The notes: generated by a model from the sequence alone, not told the origin. 64,000 nucleotides of DNA from a bacterium (GCA_963643205.1 CAVIJJ010000004.1:52-64051); one strand, 5' to 3'. Positions 8,242 to 17,138 are shown, counted from the first letter of the stretch. Program-made: numbers and translations.

Positions 8242-10014
8242 TTATTTATGAACTGACGGGTTGGCGTATTTAAGCTCGTATTTCTTGGCGTAGTCGGCAA
8301 AGTCGGCCTTGTAGCGCTCGTCGTTGCCGCTTTTTACCGTGTTCAGATATTCGTGCGTATCGAATTCGCCTCGGTCAACCTCGGTTACGCAAACGGCAAT
8401 GTTTGAGCAGTGGTCGCTTATGCGCTCGCAGTTATTAAGAAGGTCGTTCAATATAAAGCCCAGCTCTATCGTGCAGCGGCCGGCCTGCAGCCTTTCTATG
8501 TGCTTGCGCTTTATCTGGGCGATAAGCACGTCTATAACCTGCTCAAGCGGCTCAACCTTGGCGGCCTTATCAAGATCGTCGTTGGCGAAAGCGTCCATCG
8601 CCAGGCCCAGTATTTCGTTAAGGGCGGAGAAAAGAATGTCTATCTCTTCCCTTGCGTGCTCGGAGAATGTCAGGCTCTTCTCCCGCATTTCCTTCGCGCT
8701 TTGGCGTATGTTCAGGGCGTGGTCGCCTATGCGCTCAAAGTCGTTTATGCAGTGCAGAAGCTTTGATACGGAGGCGCTGTCAGCGTCGCTCAGCGCGGCG
8801 GCGGAAAGCTTAACAAGAAAGCTGCCGAGCTTGTCCTCGTATGTATCAAGCTCACTTTCCTGCGTTTTTACCTTGGCGGATTTTTCGGTATCAAAGTGCA
8901 GCATAAGGTCCATCGCGTTAAGCACGCAGGAGCGGGCAACCTCGCTCATGCGAACGGCCATGGAGCAGCTTTCGTGCACGGCGGGGCCGGGCGTAAGCAA
9001 AAGCCTTTCATCAAGGAATACGTCCGCATTGCTTTCGTCATCGCCGCGAACCACAAAATGCGATATTTTGATAAGCACGGGCCTTATGGGCAGAAGAACC
9101 ATTGTTGTAATAACATTGAATATCGTGTGGCAAAGGGCAACCTCGCCAGCCGAAAGGGGATTGTTTATAAAGTCAAAGCCTATTATGGCGTTAAGCCCAT
9201 AGAATACAATCATGCAGAATATGGTGCCTATTGTTTTGCCGGTAATATGGACAATGGCAACCCTGCGGGCGTTTTTGGTTGTGCCTATGCTTGAAAGAAG
9301 GGCCGTGGCACAGGTGCCTATATTAAGGCCCATTACAAGCGGAATTGCCATGCCGTAAGTTATGCAGCCCGTAAGGGAGAGCGCCTGCAGAATGCCGACG
9401 CTTGCGGCGCTGCTTTGAATTATGCCCGTAAACACAAGGCCCACAAGCACGCCTAAGAAGGGATTGTTAAACGCGGTAAGTATGCCCGTAAATTCCGGCA
9501 TATCCGCAAGCGGAGCCACGGAACTTGACATAAGCGTCATGCCATACATAAGAATAGCAAAGCCCACAAACACGCCGCCTATATCCTTTTTCTTTTGCGT
9601 GCTGCAGGCCATCATCATTATAACGCCGATAAGGGCTACTATGGGCGAAAAATTCTCCGGCTTTAAAAGCTGAATGAATATGCTTTCCCCGCTTAAGCCC
9701 GAAAGGGAGAGTATCCATGCGGTGAGGGTTGTGCCTATGTTGCCGCCGAGGATTACGCTTACGGTCTGCTCAAGCTGCATTATGCCGCTGTTCACAAGGC
9801 CTACAAGCATAACCGTAAGTGCGGAGGAGGACTGAATGGCTATTGTTATGGCCGCGCCGAAAATAAGGCTTGTGGATATGTGCGCGGTCATCTTCTGCAA
9901 CGTGGACTGCAGCTTGCTGCCGGACAGCTTTTCAAGCCCCGCGCTCATCGCGTTCATGCCGTATAAAAAAAGGGCTAACCCACCAAATAACGAAATTACG
10001 GAAAATACATCCAT
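8242..10014 (-). CDS. Na+/phosphate cotransporter family protein with C-terminal PhoU-like domains
   Basis: 590 aa. N-terminal polytopic part (GGLALFLYGMNAMSAGLEKLSG, two NaPi repeats) is followed by a helical PhoU-like tail (DFERIGDHALNI, CERISDHCSNIA). Confidence 0.85.
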   Translation of the reverse strand: MDVFSVISLFGGLALFLYGMNAMSAGLEKLSGSKLQSTLQKMTAHISTSLIFGAAITIAIQSSSALTVMLVGLVNSGIMQLEQTVSVILGGNIGTTLTAWILSLSGLSGESIFIQLLKPENFSPIVALIGVIMMMACSTQKKKDIGGVFVGFAILMYGMTLMSSSVAPLADMPEFTGILTAFNNPFLGVLVGLVFTGIIQSSAASVGILQALSLTGCITYGMAIPLVMGLNIGTCATALLSSIGTTKNARRVAIVHITGKTIGTIFCMIVFYGLNAIIGFDFINNPLSAGEVALCHTIFNVITTMVLLPIRPVLIKISHFVVRGDDESNADVFLDERLLLTPGPAVHESCSMAVRMSEVARSCVLNAMDLMLHFDTEKSAKVKTQESELDTYEDKLGSFLVKLSAAALSDADSASVSKLLHCINDFERIGDHALNIRQSAKEMREKSLTFSEHAREEIDILFSALNEILGLAMDAFANDDLDKAAKVEPLEQVIDVLIAQIKRKHIERLQAGRCTIELGFILNDLLNNCERISDHCSNIAVCVTEVDRGEFDTHEYLNTVKSGNDERYKADFADYAKKYELKYANPSVHK

Positions 10015-10190
10015 AAAGCTAAAATCTCCCTGCGATTTTTGTAATACCCCTATAACGTATATTTATATTATAGCAGAACATTTGTTAAACGCAATACCGG
10101 AGGCGACGAAACATTCACAGTGCGTTCATTGCATAAGCGGCCGCACTATGATATATTTATTATGTATTTGATCAAAAAGGAGGGCGTTTT

Positions 10191-10769
10191 ATGGCAAGGA
10201 ACAGCTACGGCATAGCCAAACGCTCGATATGGTACGTGTTAAGAACGCTGATAATCACGGCGGCCATAGTGGCGCTGTGCCTTGGCGTATTCATAGAGGG
10301 GCTGCACGTGAGCAACCTGTACATACTGGCTACGGAAGGGCTTGAAAAGCGCGCGGAGGCCATAATAACATACGGCCAGGCGGGAACAAGCGTTGACCTT
10401 ACGCCGTATTTCAGCGAAGAATACCTGAATAACGACAGCGAGATTGAAAGCGGCAAATACGCGGACTTTACCGTTGCAAGTTACGACTACCGCGTGGACG
10501 TTAAGGGCATATCCGTATTCCCCTGGAGCAAGCGCGCCAGCATGACGGTGGACGCGCGCCTTGCCGCCATAAATGCCGCAAGCAACAGCGCGGAGGACAG
10601 CACCGAGACTGCCGAGCTGCCCGAATGGGAAGCGGGAAGATACCAGATAGTATTCAAGCGCGAAGGCTCACGCTGGTACATAAACAGCATAACTCTTCTT
10701 CAGCGCAATCCGGAAACAGAGGTTAAGCCCACGCCGGATATGAGCCTGATGCAGGACGATTCCGAATAA
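10191..10769 (+). CDS. Hypothetical membrane-anchored protein
   Basis: 192-aa ORF with ribosome-binding site AAAGGAGGG and one N-terminal TM helix (VLRTLIITAAIVALCLGVFI). No family recognised. Its stop lies 2 nt before dusB. Confidence 0.6.
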   Translation: MARNSYGIAKRSIWYVLRTLIITAAIVALCLGVFIEGLHVSNLYILATEGLEKRAEAIITYGQAGTSVDLTPYFSEEYLNNDSEIESGKYADFTVASYDYRVDVKGISVFPWSKRASMTVDARLAAINAASNSAEDSTETAELPEWEAGRYQIVFKREGSRWYINSITLLQRNPETEVKPTPDMSLMQDDSE

Positions 10770-10771
10770 GC

Positions 10772-11764
10772 ATGAGTGAAATATTAAAAAACCTGTTCGG
10801 CACGGATACGCCCGTGCTGCTCGCTCCCATGGCCGGCGTTACGGACGCGGCCTTTCGCGGTATATGCCGCGAGATGGGGGCGGATTTTTCGTATACCGAA
10901 ATGGTAAGCGCGAAGGGACTGCATTATAACAACAAGAATACGGCCAATCTGCTTGACGCGTCGGACGCGGAGCTTGAGCGGGGCTACGGAGTGCAGCTTT
11001 TCGGGGCGGAGCCGGATATGATGGCGAGCGCGGCGGAGAGCCTGAGCCGGGAGGAAAGCGCGCTTAGGCTTATAGACATAAACATGGGATGCCCGGCGCA
11101 CAAGATTGTTTCAAACGGAGAGGGCAGCGCCCTTATGAAAAACGAGGCGCTTGCCGGAAAAATAATTGAGGCCGCTGTTAAAAAGAGCAAATTGCCCGTT
11201 ACGGTAAAGTTTCGCAAGGGCTGGGACGATGAGCACATAAACGCCGTAAGCTTTGCCAAAATGGCGGAGCAAAGCGGAGCCGCGCTTATAACGGTGCACG
11301 GCAGAACAAAGGCGCAGATGTACAGCGGCACGGCCGATTGGGACATAATAGCTAAAATAAAGGCAAGCGTAAAAATACCCGTAATAGGCAACGGGGATAT
11401 ATTCTCGGGCCAAAACGCCGTGGATATGCTTAAATACACCGGCTGTGACGGGGTTATGGTAGCGCGCGGAGCGGAGGGCAATCCGTTTATTTTCCGGGAA
11501 ATACGCTCTGCACTTCGCGGGGAAGAATATTCCGCACCAACTCGGGAAATGCGCATAACCGCCGCCATAGAGCACGCGGAACGCCTTACGAAAACGCGGG
11601 GCGATCGCGCCATAATAGAAATGCGAAAGCACGTATCGTGGTACCTTTCGGGCATGCGCTCAAGCGCCGCCTTAAGGGGACGGGTGAACGGCATATCAAG
11701 CCTTGATGAGCTGAAAAAACTGCTTAACGAATACCTTGAAGCCATCCGGGACGGGGAGAACTGA
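10772..11764 (+). CDS. dusB: tRNA dihydrouridine synthase
   Basis: 330 aa with Dus motifs LAPMAGVTDAAFR, IDINMGCPAHKI, TVHGRTKAQMYSGTADWD. Confidence 0.9.
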   Translation: MSEILKNLFGTDTPVLLAPMAGVTDAAFRGICREMGADFSYTEMVSAKGLHYNNKNTANLLDASDAELERGYGVQLFGAEPDMMASAAESLSREESALRLIDINMGCPAHKIVSNGEGSALMKNEALAGKIIEAAVKKSKLPVTVKFRKGWDDEHINAVSFAKMAEQSGAALITVHGRTKAQMYSGTADWDIIAKIKASVKIPVIGNGDIFSGQNAVDMLKYTGCDGVMVARGAEGNPFIFREIRSALRGEEYSAPTREMRITAAIEHAERLTKTRGDRAIIEMRKHVSWYLSGMRSSAALRGRVNGISSLDELKKLLNEYLEAIRDGEN

Positions 11765-11799
11765 AAAGGACATCAGTTCGCCAATCCGAAATAACGGCA

Positions 11800-13227
11800 T
11801 TATGGAATGACAGTATCTGCCAATTCCTCATAAGCTTTTTTGTTGGCTTCCGCCCAGGACAAGCCCTGCTTTTTATATTGCTCTGCCAATGGCTTAAGGC
11901 GGGTTATGTAGATTCCATCGCCGACAGTGCGGTTGTAGCCTACAACTATCCAGTTGTTATTTTGCTTTTCAAAGGAAAGGATAATTTCCTCGCCAACACC
12001 GCGGGAGCTTCCTGAGGTAATTTCTGTTTTTACATAAAACCGCCCTATAAAGTGATTATCTTCATCTAGTATTATTTTAAGTATTTCTGAGGACCCCTTT
12101 TTTACCGTATCGATTGCGGATAAAGAGCCGGAAAGAGTTTTGTCCACGGAAAGCTGAATGTCATAGAAGAAAAGATCCGTTGCTTCATTTCGCTCCATAA
12201 TATTCGAAAAATCCTGCATTTCGCAAAGCTTTCTGCTAAGATAGTAGCGGTACATAACTTCAGCCGCCAGTTCTTTAACAGCTGATATGACTGGGGTGGA
12301 TTGCTCCTGCAAGCATGCCTTTTCATTTTCCAGCGATTGCATAAGGACATGCAGAGACTGTTCATCAGCCTTTGTAGTGATTAATTCCATCTGTAAATTT
12401 TCCAGCAGGTGGAGCTTTTCCTCCGCGCTGACGGCAGTGTTCTTATGCAATGTCATGTAGATTATATAGTCTGTTTCGAACATTATACTATCGTAAATGT
12501 TCTCGTAATGCAAATCGTTTAAGCCTAAAGAATTACGTTCTGCAATATATTTTGCATAATTGTCAGACTCCACTTGAACTGATGCTATATAAAGTCCGTG
12601 AGTGGTTTCAACCAGTTTGGCATATATCTGTTCATTGTGAGTATTGCCGTCCTTTCCCATTAACTCAAGAGAAATTGACAGCTCATAGAAAAATGCCTTT
12701 TGCTGGCCGCTTTCATTGGTTACGGAAATAAGAGCGATCTTAGAGGATGAATCATTATTGGCAATGGATTCTGAACTGTATAAAACATAGCGGAGATACT
12801 TAGCTGCAAGTAATGTGTTTTCGTCCTCGTACCAACCATCACCCTGATAAAACACGGCGGAAACCGCAGCATGGTCTCCTGTCGCAAACGCCGTTGCGGC
12901 TGTTTTGATTAGCTCGGATAAAGCGCTTAATTTATCACCATCAATCGATATGGTAGGAGACAAAGTGTATACCGCACTGCTGAGAAAGGGCAATTCGGCG
13001 GCAAGTGCCGGTTTAATGGCGAAAGTACAAACAGACAACAATAATATGGCCGCACAAGCGGTCAATGCGATACGAGCAAAAGGCAGAGATGTTTGGACGT
13101 ATTTTGTGCGTTTTCCGTCTGATTCCCGAAGGCAAACAACAACTTCATCTATTCTGTGGCCATACTCACGGGAAGGTGAGGGAAAAGCTGATTTTAGCAA
13201 CTGTTGAAACGGGAAATTATGCTCCAT
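11800..13227 (-). CDS. Putative single-pass anti-sigma factor with large extracytoplasmic domain
   Basis: ORF overlaps the 3' end of the ECF sigma gene. ATG at 13227 lies 9 nt after AGGTG. Short cytoplasmic N-terminus, one TM helix (IALTACAAILLLSVCTFAI), then about 400 aa outside. AT-rich codon usage. No ZAS motif seen, so the function is inferred from position only. Confidence 0.5.
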   Translation of the reverse strand: MEHNFPFQQLLKSAFPSPSREYGHRIDEVVVCLRESDGKRTKYVQTSLPFARIALTACAAILLLSVCTFAIKPALAAELPFLSSAVYTLSPTISIDGDKLSALSELIKTAATAFATGDHAAVSAVFYQGDGWYEDENTLLAAKYLRYVLYSSESIANNDSSSKIALISVTNESGQQKAFFYELSISLELMGKDGNTHNEQIYAKLVETTHGLYIASVQVESDNYAKYIAERNSLGLNDLHYENIYDSIMFETDYIIYMTLHKNTAVSAEEKLHLLENLQMELITTKADEQSLHVLMQSLENEKACLQEQSTPVISAVKELAAEVMYRYYLSRKLCEMQDFSNIMERNEATDLFFYDIQLSVDKTLSGSLSAIDTVKKGSSEILKIILDEDNHFIGRFYVKTEITSGSSRGVGEEIILSFEKQNNNWIVVGYNRTVGDGIYITRLKPLAEQYKKQGLSWAEANKKAYEELADTVIP

Positions 13228-13708
13228 AATAATCATCACCTAAAAACTTTTTTAATGCTGTCCGGGCTCTTGAAAGTCTGCTTTTTATGGTTCCCGAGGG
13301 GACATGGGATATTTTTGCAATTTCGTTTATTGAGTGCCCGCAGACATAGTAAAGCGTAATAGCTTCGCGCTGTTCAATCGGCAGTTGGTTAAGCGCTTTT
13401 TCAACATCGATTTTAAGCTCACTTCCGGGTTCGAGATGCAGTGCAATATCTTCATCAATAGGAACTGTGCGCCGAAGAGAATTAGCTATGCTGTAGCATT
13501 CATTTCTTACTATGCGGAAAAGCCATGGCTTCAATGACTGTATGTTCCGCAAGTGATTTATGTTAGTATGTGCCTTAATAATGGCATTACTCACGGCGTC
13601 CTCACTTTCGGGAATTGAGCGCAGTATGCTGTATGCAAAGTAAAAAAGATCGTTTTTCATGCTCAATGTCTGATCATAAAACCATTGAAGTTTCTCTTCA
13701 TTACTCAT
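13217..13708 (-). CDS. ECF-type RNA polymerase sigma-70 family factor
   Basis: 163 aa with a region-2 block (DAVSNAIIKAH...LKPWLFRIVRNECYS) and a region-4 HTH (REAITLYYVCGHSINEIAKISHVPSGTIKSRLSRAR). Ribosome-binding site GGAGGTGAGG. Confidence 0.85.
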   Translation of the reverse strand: MSNEEKLQWFYDQTLSMKNDLFYFAYSILRSIPESEDAVSNAIIKAHTNINHLRNIQSLKPWLFRIVRNECYSIANSLRRTVPIDEDIALHLEPGSELKIDVEKALNQLPIEQREAITLYYVCGHSINEIAKISHVPSGTIKSRLSRARTALKKFLGDDYYGA

Positions 13709-13746
13709 TTACTGCCTCACCTCCAATACTTGCAGGGTAACTGTAC

Positions 13747-13775
13747 AATAGATAGATTTTATGAATAAAAGGTTC
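13747..13775 (-). promoter_or_regulatory. Candidate ECF-type promoter for the sigma/anti-sigma operon (GAAC-N16-CTATCTATT)
   Basis: The minus strand reads tatttGAACcttttattcataaaatCTATCTATTgtacag and ends 39 nt upstream of the sigma start codon. The same motif and spacing occur on the opposite strand at 13885-13913. Confidence 0.5.
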
Positions 13776-13884
13776 AAATAATTTGCATATAATTTTTATA
13801 ATGAGTAATTTATTATATCATAAACCCAATGAACTGGCTAAGTAGCAAAGAAAGAAAAATTAGAAAGAAAAATAGCTATCTATG

Positions 13885-13913
13885 GAACTTAATGCAAAGT
13901 TGAACTATCTATT
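13885..13913 (+). promoter_or_regulatory. Candidate ECF-type promoter for the secreted amidase-like gene (GAAC-N16-CTATCTATT)
   Basis: The plus strand reads tatgGAACttaatgcaaagttgaaCTATCTATTtataaag, with GGAACTT resembling a classical ECF -35 element. Lies 70 nt upstream of ATG 13984. A third CTATCTAT copy is at 13876-13883. Confidence 0.5.
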
Positions 13914-13932
13914 TATAAAGTGATGTAATCGC

Positions 13933-13968
13933 AAATTTAAAGAAAAATTTAAAGAAAAATTTAAAGAA
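13933..13968. repeat. Perfect 3 x 12-nt tandem repeat AAATTTAAAGAA in the 5' leader of the amidase-like gene
   Basis: Units at 13933-13944, 13945-13956 and 13957-13968, followed directly by taGGAGaaatgacgcATG. A looser AGAAAGAAAAAT x2 repeat lies at 13848-13873. Confidence 0.9.
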
Positions 13969-13983
13969 TAGGAGAAATGACGC

Positions 13984-14796
13984 ATGAAAAGCAGAAAAAT
14001 CCTAATAGTTGCAATTCTAATGCTATCTTTTTGCTTGTCAGGTTACGCAAATGCTATGACAAACAATAGTGAAGCATTGACGTATGACGAAAAGAATGAA
14101 GCAATAGAACTTGCTAAAAAATTTGCTTTCGAATATGAAGAAGCATTGGCGTTATTAGAAATGCCGAAATTTGGTTATGTGTTATTGTCAGATGATACAG
14201 CATTGTTTATAGAAAAATTAAGATATAGCATTGAATTTGCCAAGATATTTAATACTGGCATTGAAAAATTGAAGCTAAATTCATTTGATGTTCTGATGGA
14301 AGAGAAGCGGGATGATAAAATAGTTATTGAAGTTTATTCATTATCAAACACATCAGCTTTGAAAGCTCGTGTGGCTGCAAACTATAGACAAACAAGTGAA
14401 TGGTATGGAAGAAATTATGACTCATCGAGTCAGTATGCAGCTGGTCCATTTATGCGTGTTGTGGAACTATGGAATTATATGACGGGGAATACGGGAAATG
14501 GACCGCGTGCTACAGGATATAATAACAATAATGTATGGACATCATTAAGCGTTGTTCCTCGAACGGGAGATGTTTTACAATTTTATAGTTCATCTGCTGG
14601 TAGATACTATCATTCGGTTATTGTTTCATCAGCAAGCAATGCTACACTATCGAATATGCTGAATAAAATTTGGATTTGTCAGCACTCAGGTGACTATGTG
14701 AACCGACCTTTAAGTGAGACTCTTGAAAACAACGGTGGAATAAGCAGTGGTAAAATGCGTCTTTTACGTCCGTTATCAACCGCATTTTCGTCTTAA
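13984..14796 (+). CDS. Secreted protein, C-terminal part resembling putative-amidase (Amidase_6-like) domains
   Basis: 270 aa with signal peptide MKSRKILIVAILMLSFCLSGYANA. C-terminal block GDVLQFYSSSAGRYYHSVIVSS...ICQHSGD resembles the His-containing half of that family. I see no upstream catalytic Cys motif. Very AT-rich. Confidence 0.4.
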   Translation: MKSRKILIVAILMLSFCLSGYANAMTNNSEALTYDEKNEAIELAKKFAFEYEEALALLEMPKFGYVLLSDDTALFIEKLRYSIEFAKIFNTGIEKLKLNSFDVLMEEKRDDKIVIEVYSLSNTSALKARVAANYRQTSEWYGRNYDSSSQYAAGPFMRVVELWNYMTGNTGNGPRATGYNNNNVWTSLSVVPRTGDVLQFYSSSAGRYYHSVIVSSASNATLSNMLNKIWICQHSGDYVNRPLSETLENNGGISSGKMRLLRPLSTAFSS

Positions 14797-14823
14797 TCTA
14801 CGGCAGTAAGTTAGTTTGGATAT

Positions 14824-14866
14824 AAAAAACGAACGGAGACTCAATCAGCTCCGTTCGTTTGTTTTC
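14824..14866. terminator. Bidirectional intrinsic terminator (amidase-like gene / yajC)
   Basis: 11-bp stem AACGAACGGAG / CTCCGTTCGTT (14828-14838 and 14849-14859), flanked by AAAAAA upstream and TGTTTT downstream. Confidence 0.8.
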
Positions 14867-14883
14867 AATATTCGGTGCGCTGC

Positions 14884-15225
14884 TTATTTCTTGCTGTTCG
14901 CTTCTTCCATGGTGTTTTCCACGGCAACGTCTTCAACGTTGGCAATGGCGCCGCGGGCGAATACAAGGCGGGCCTTGTCGGGGCCGACGGAAACGGTGAT
15001 TATATCGTCCTTAATATTGGTAACGGTGCCGTAAATGCCGCCAATGGTGCGAACGCGGTCGCCAACCTTGATAGCGGCGAGCATGTCTTTAACCTTTTTG
15101 TCACGCTTGCGCTGCGGTATGATCATAACCAACAGCAGCACGATCATCATTATTATAATGAAGCCGCTGCCGTTCGTGAAGAAACTGGCGATTGAACTGA
15201 GAACTCCGGATGCATCTTGGGACAT
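14884..15225 (-). CDS. yajC: Preprotein translocase subunit YajC
   Basis: YajC signature MIIPQRKRDKKVKDMLAAIKVGDRVRTIGGIYGTV. ATG at 15225 is preceded by AAGGAAGG, so the ORF-track start at 15261 is probably too far upstream. Confidence 0.85.
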   Translation of the reverse strand: MSQDASGVLSSIASFFTNGSGFIIIMMIVLLLVMIIPQRKRDKKVKDMLAAIKVGDRVRTIGGIYGTVTNIKDDIITVSVGPDKARLVFARGAIANVEDVAVENTMEEANSKK

Positions 15226-15369
15226 TATTGTAGAACCTTCCTTTTTAACGTGTTCAGCCAAAGGCTGCCATAAAATGATTGCGGTTGATATACCGCCCCT
15301 TTACTATATAATACAAGTTCGTTTCAGTCAAGAAAAAGCTTTTCCGTGAAATGAATTTGTCACAATCGC

Positions 15370-16248
15370 TCAGCAGAACTCAAGCGTGCAAACCGGCGGA
15401 AAATCCCCCGAAACAAGCTCTTTTGCGCTTGCGGCGCCGGTTCCTTCAAGAAGCTTTTCCTCATTCAGCGGGCATATCATGGAAAACATAATGTCGCCCG
15501 TGCGCATGGCGGGCAGATTAACGAAAGTGCCTGCGGGCATGCGGAACGTAAGCGCGCCGAACTCCTCGGCAAGGGAGCTTAAAAGTCCCTCAGGTTCAGC
15601 TCCAACAAGCTCGTACACATCCGCGCCGTACTCGGTTTCCGTAAGAAGCGCGTATGCCTTTCCGCTTGAAAAGGCGTATCCGCCCGAAACCTTGGCCTCC
15701 TCAAGGCTTATTTCCATGTATTCCTTTGTGCGGACCATGGTGCCGATGTAATTGGCGGCAAACTCATTGTATATTTTCAGCATTTCATCGGGCTCAGCCT
15801 CGTGTATGGGGGCGGGCATGCCGGCCTCTATCCAGGGCAGGCTGTATTCACCGTGCATTGAAAAGGGCATATAGCCAAACTGCTCATAAAAGTTCACGTC
15901 CGGCTTAAGTATGGCGGCGGCTGTGCCGAGCGCCCTCTGCTCCTCGTGGCAGGCCTCTATAAGTCTTGCCGCGGCAAAGTGATGCCTGTATTCCGGCAGC
16001 GTCGCAACGCCCGCTATCATTACGCAGTGCTTAATTTCTCCGCCAAGGCTTATGGGGTATGGAATGGCGTGCAGCGCGGCTATCATGCGGCCTTCATAAA
16101 ACGCGGCCAGCACATATTCTGGCCTTGTGCGGCGGGTAAAGTAAAAATCGCTGTAGCCCGAGGCATCCTCGGGGAAGCAAACGTCCCATAACCGCTGAGC
16201 CTCTGAATATTCCTCGTTTGTAATATGCCTTATCGTAAGCTCCATCAT
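15370..16248 (-). CDS. GNAT family N-acetyltransferase (Eis-like two-domain architecture)
   Basis: 292 aa with a GNAT core around IAGVATLPEYRHHFAAARLIEA and YEQFGY, plus a C-terminal extension. ATGA overlap with the upstream DUF2156 gene. Confidence 0.7.
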   Translation of the reverse strand: MMELTIRHITNEEYSEAQRLWDVCFPEDASGYSDFYFTRRTRPEYVLAAFYEGRMIAALHAIPYPISLGGEIKHCVMIAGVATLPEYRHHFAAARLIEACHEEQRALGTAAAILKPDVNFYEQFGYMPFSMHGEYSLPWIEAGMPAPIHEAEPDEMLKIYNEFAANYIGTMVRTKEYMEISLEEAKVSGGYAFSSGKAYALLTETEYGADVYELVGAEPEGLLSSLAEEFGALTFRMPAGTFVNLPAMRTGDIMFSMICPLNEEKLLEGTGAASAKELVSGDFPPVCTLEFC

Positions 16249-17138
16249 ACGGGCCTCCCGTCGAATTTATCTATCATGTACGCGGGGAAATAGGAAAGCT
16301 TGGCTTTTCTAAGACCCTCCATGCCCATGTCCTCCTCGCGGTTTATGAACTTAACATCCGTAAGCTCGTGCTGCACAAACTGGTTGTTTATAACCGGGAA
16401 AAGGCCAACTATTTCGTTGTCCGCCTTTTCTATATGCACAACGGCCATGTTGTCGTTTATCTTCTGGCCAAGCGTGAACGCCGCAAGGCGGCCGTCTATC
16501 CTTATTCCGCCGCCGCGTATGCCAAGCGTGTCCATGTGAGTTATAAGCGTTTTTATGGCGCTCAGCTCCAGCATGTCAATTTCGTCCTTAGGCTTTTCGC
16601 TCATCCATTCGTTAAACATTTCAACGCATTCGTCAAGCATATCGGGCGTTATTTTAACGTATTCAAACCGCTCGCCGTATTCCGCCATGAACTGATGAAT
16701 GTGGTTCCTTTTCGCGTGCAGCTTTTTGCCGGAAAGATCCCTTAGGCTTTCCATGGTGTATACATAGTCGCTGTTGTCCCTGTCTTCCGTGAGCTCATAG
16801 CCCGAGCAGCGCTCAAACGCCGCCTTTATGGGGCCGGATATGGCCTTGAATATGGGTTCCATCCCGTGCGCGCGCATATATTCCGCTGCCTTGTCGAGCG
16901 CGGTTTGATAGTAGGCTGAATCCGGCTCAAGCGTGAGCGGGGCGAACATATAGCTTTCGCCGTCGCACCAATGGATAAGTATATACAGAGCCCGGCCGTC
17001 TTCATAGGCGAGTATGTTCCCGCAGCTGCCCCAGCTTAATATGTTTGAAAAAGTGTATTCCGAGCATTCAAGCTTCCACGCGGAAGTGTAGCGCTCAATC
17101 ATTGCCTTCATAGAGATGTCTATCGGCTTAAAATCCAT
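16245..17138 (-). CDS. DUF2156 (MprF C-terminal / aminoacyl-tRNA-dependent transferase-like) domain protein, soluble
   Basis: 297 aa with no TM segments. Layout and blocks (KRNHIHQF, VVHIEKADNEIVGLFPVINNQF, GLRKAKLSY) match the stand-alone LPG-synthase-C/DUF2156 family as I recall it. Confidence 0.6.
   Translation of the reverse strand: MDFKPIDISMKAMIERYTSAWKLECSEYTFSNILSWGSCGNILAYEDGRALYILIHWCDGESYMFAPLTLEPDSAYYQTALDKAAEYMRAHGMEPIFKAISGPIKAAFERCSGYELTEDRDNSDYVYTMESLRDLSGKKLHAKRNHIHQFMAEYGERFEYVKITPDMLDECVEMFNEWMSEKPKDEIDMLELSAIKTLITHMDTLGIRGGGIRIDGRLAAFTLGQKINDNMAVVHIEKADNEIVGLFPVINNQFVQHELTDVKFINREEDMGMEGLRKAKLSYFPAYMIDKFDGRPV

Noticed and set aside
13848-13968. Short tandem repeats considered as a possible CRISPR array or mobile-element end
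   Set aside because: The 12-nt units are directly adjacent with no spacers, only 2-3 copies are present, and there are no cas genes. They are simple tandem repeats in a leader region.
11800-14866. AT-rich island considered as an integrative mobile element
   Set aside because: I found no integrase, transposase, tRNA attachment site or flanking direct or inverted repeats. It is reported only as a compositional island.
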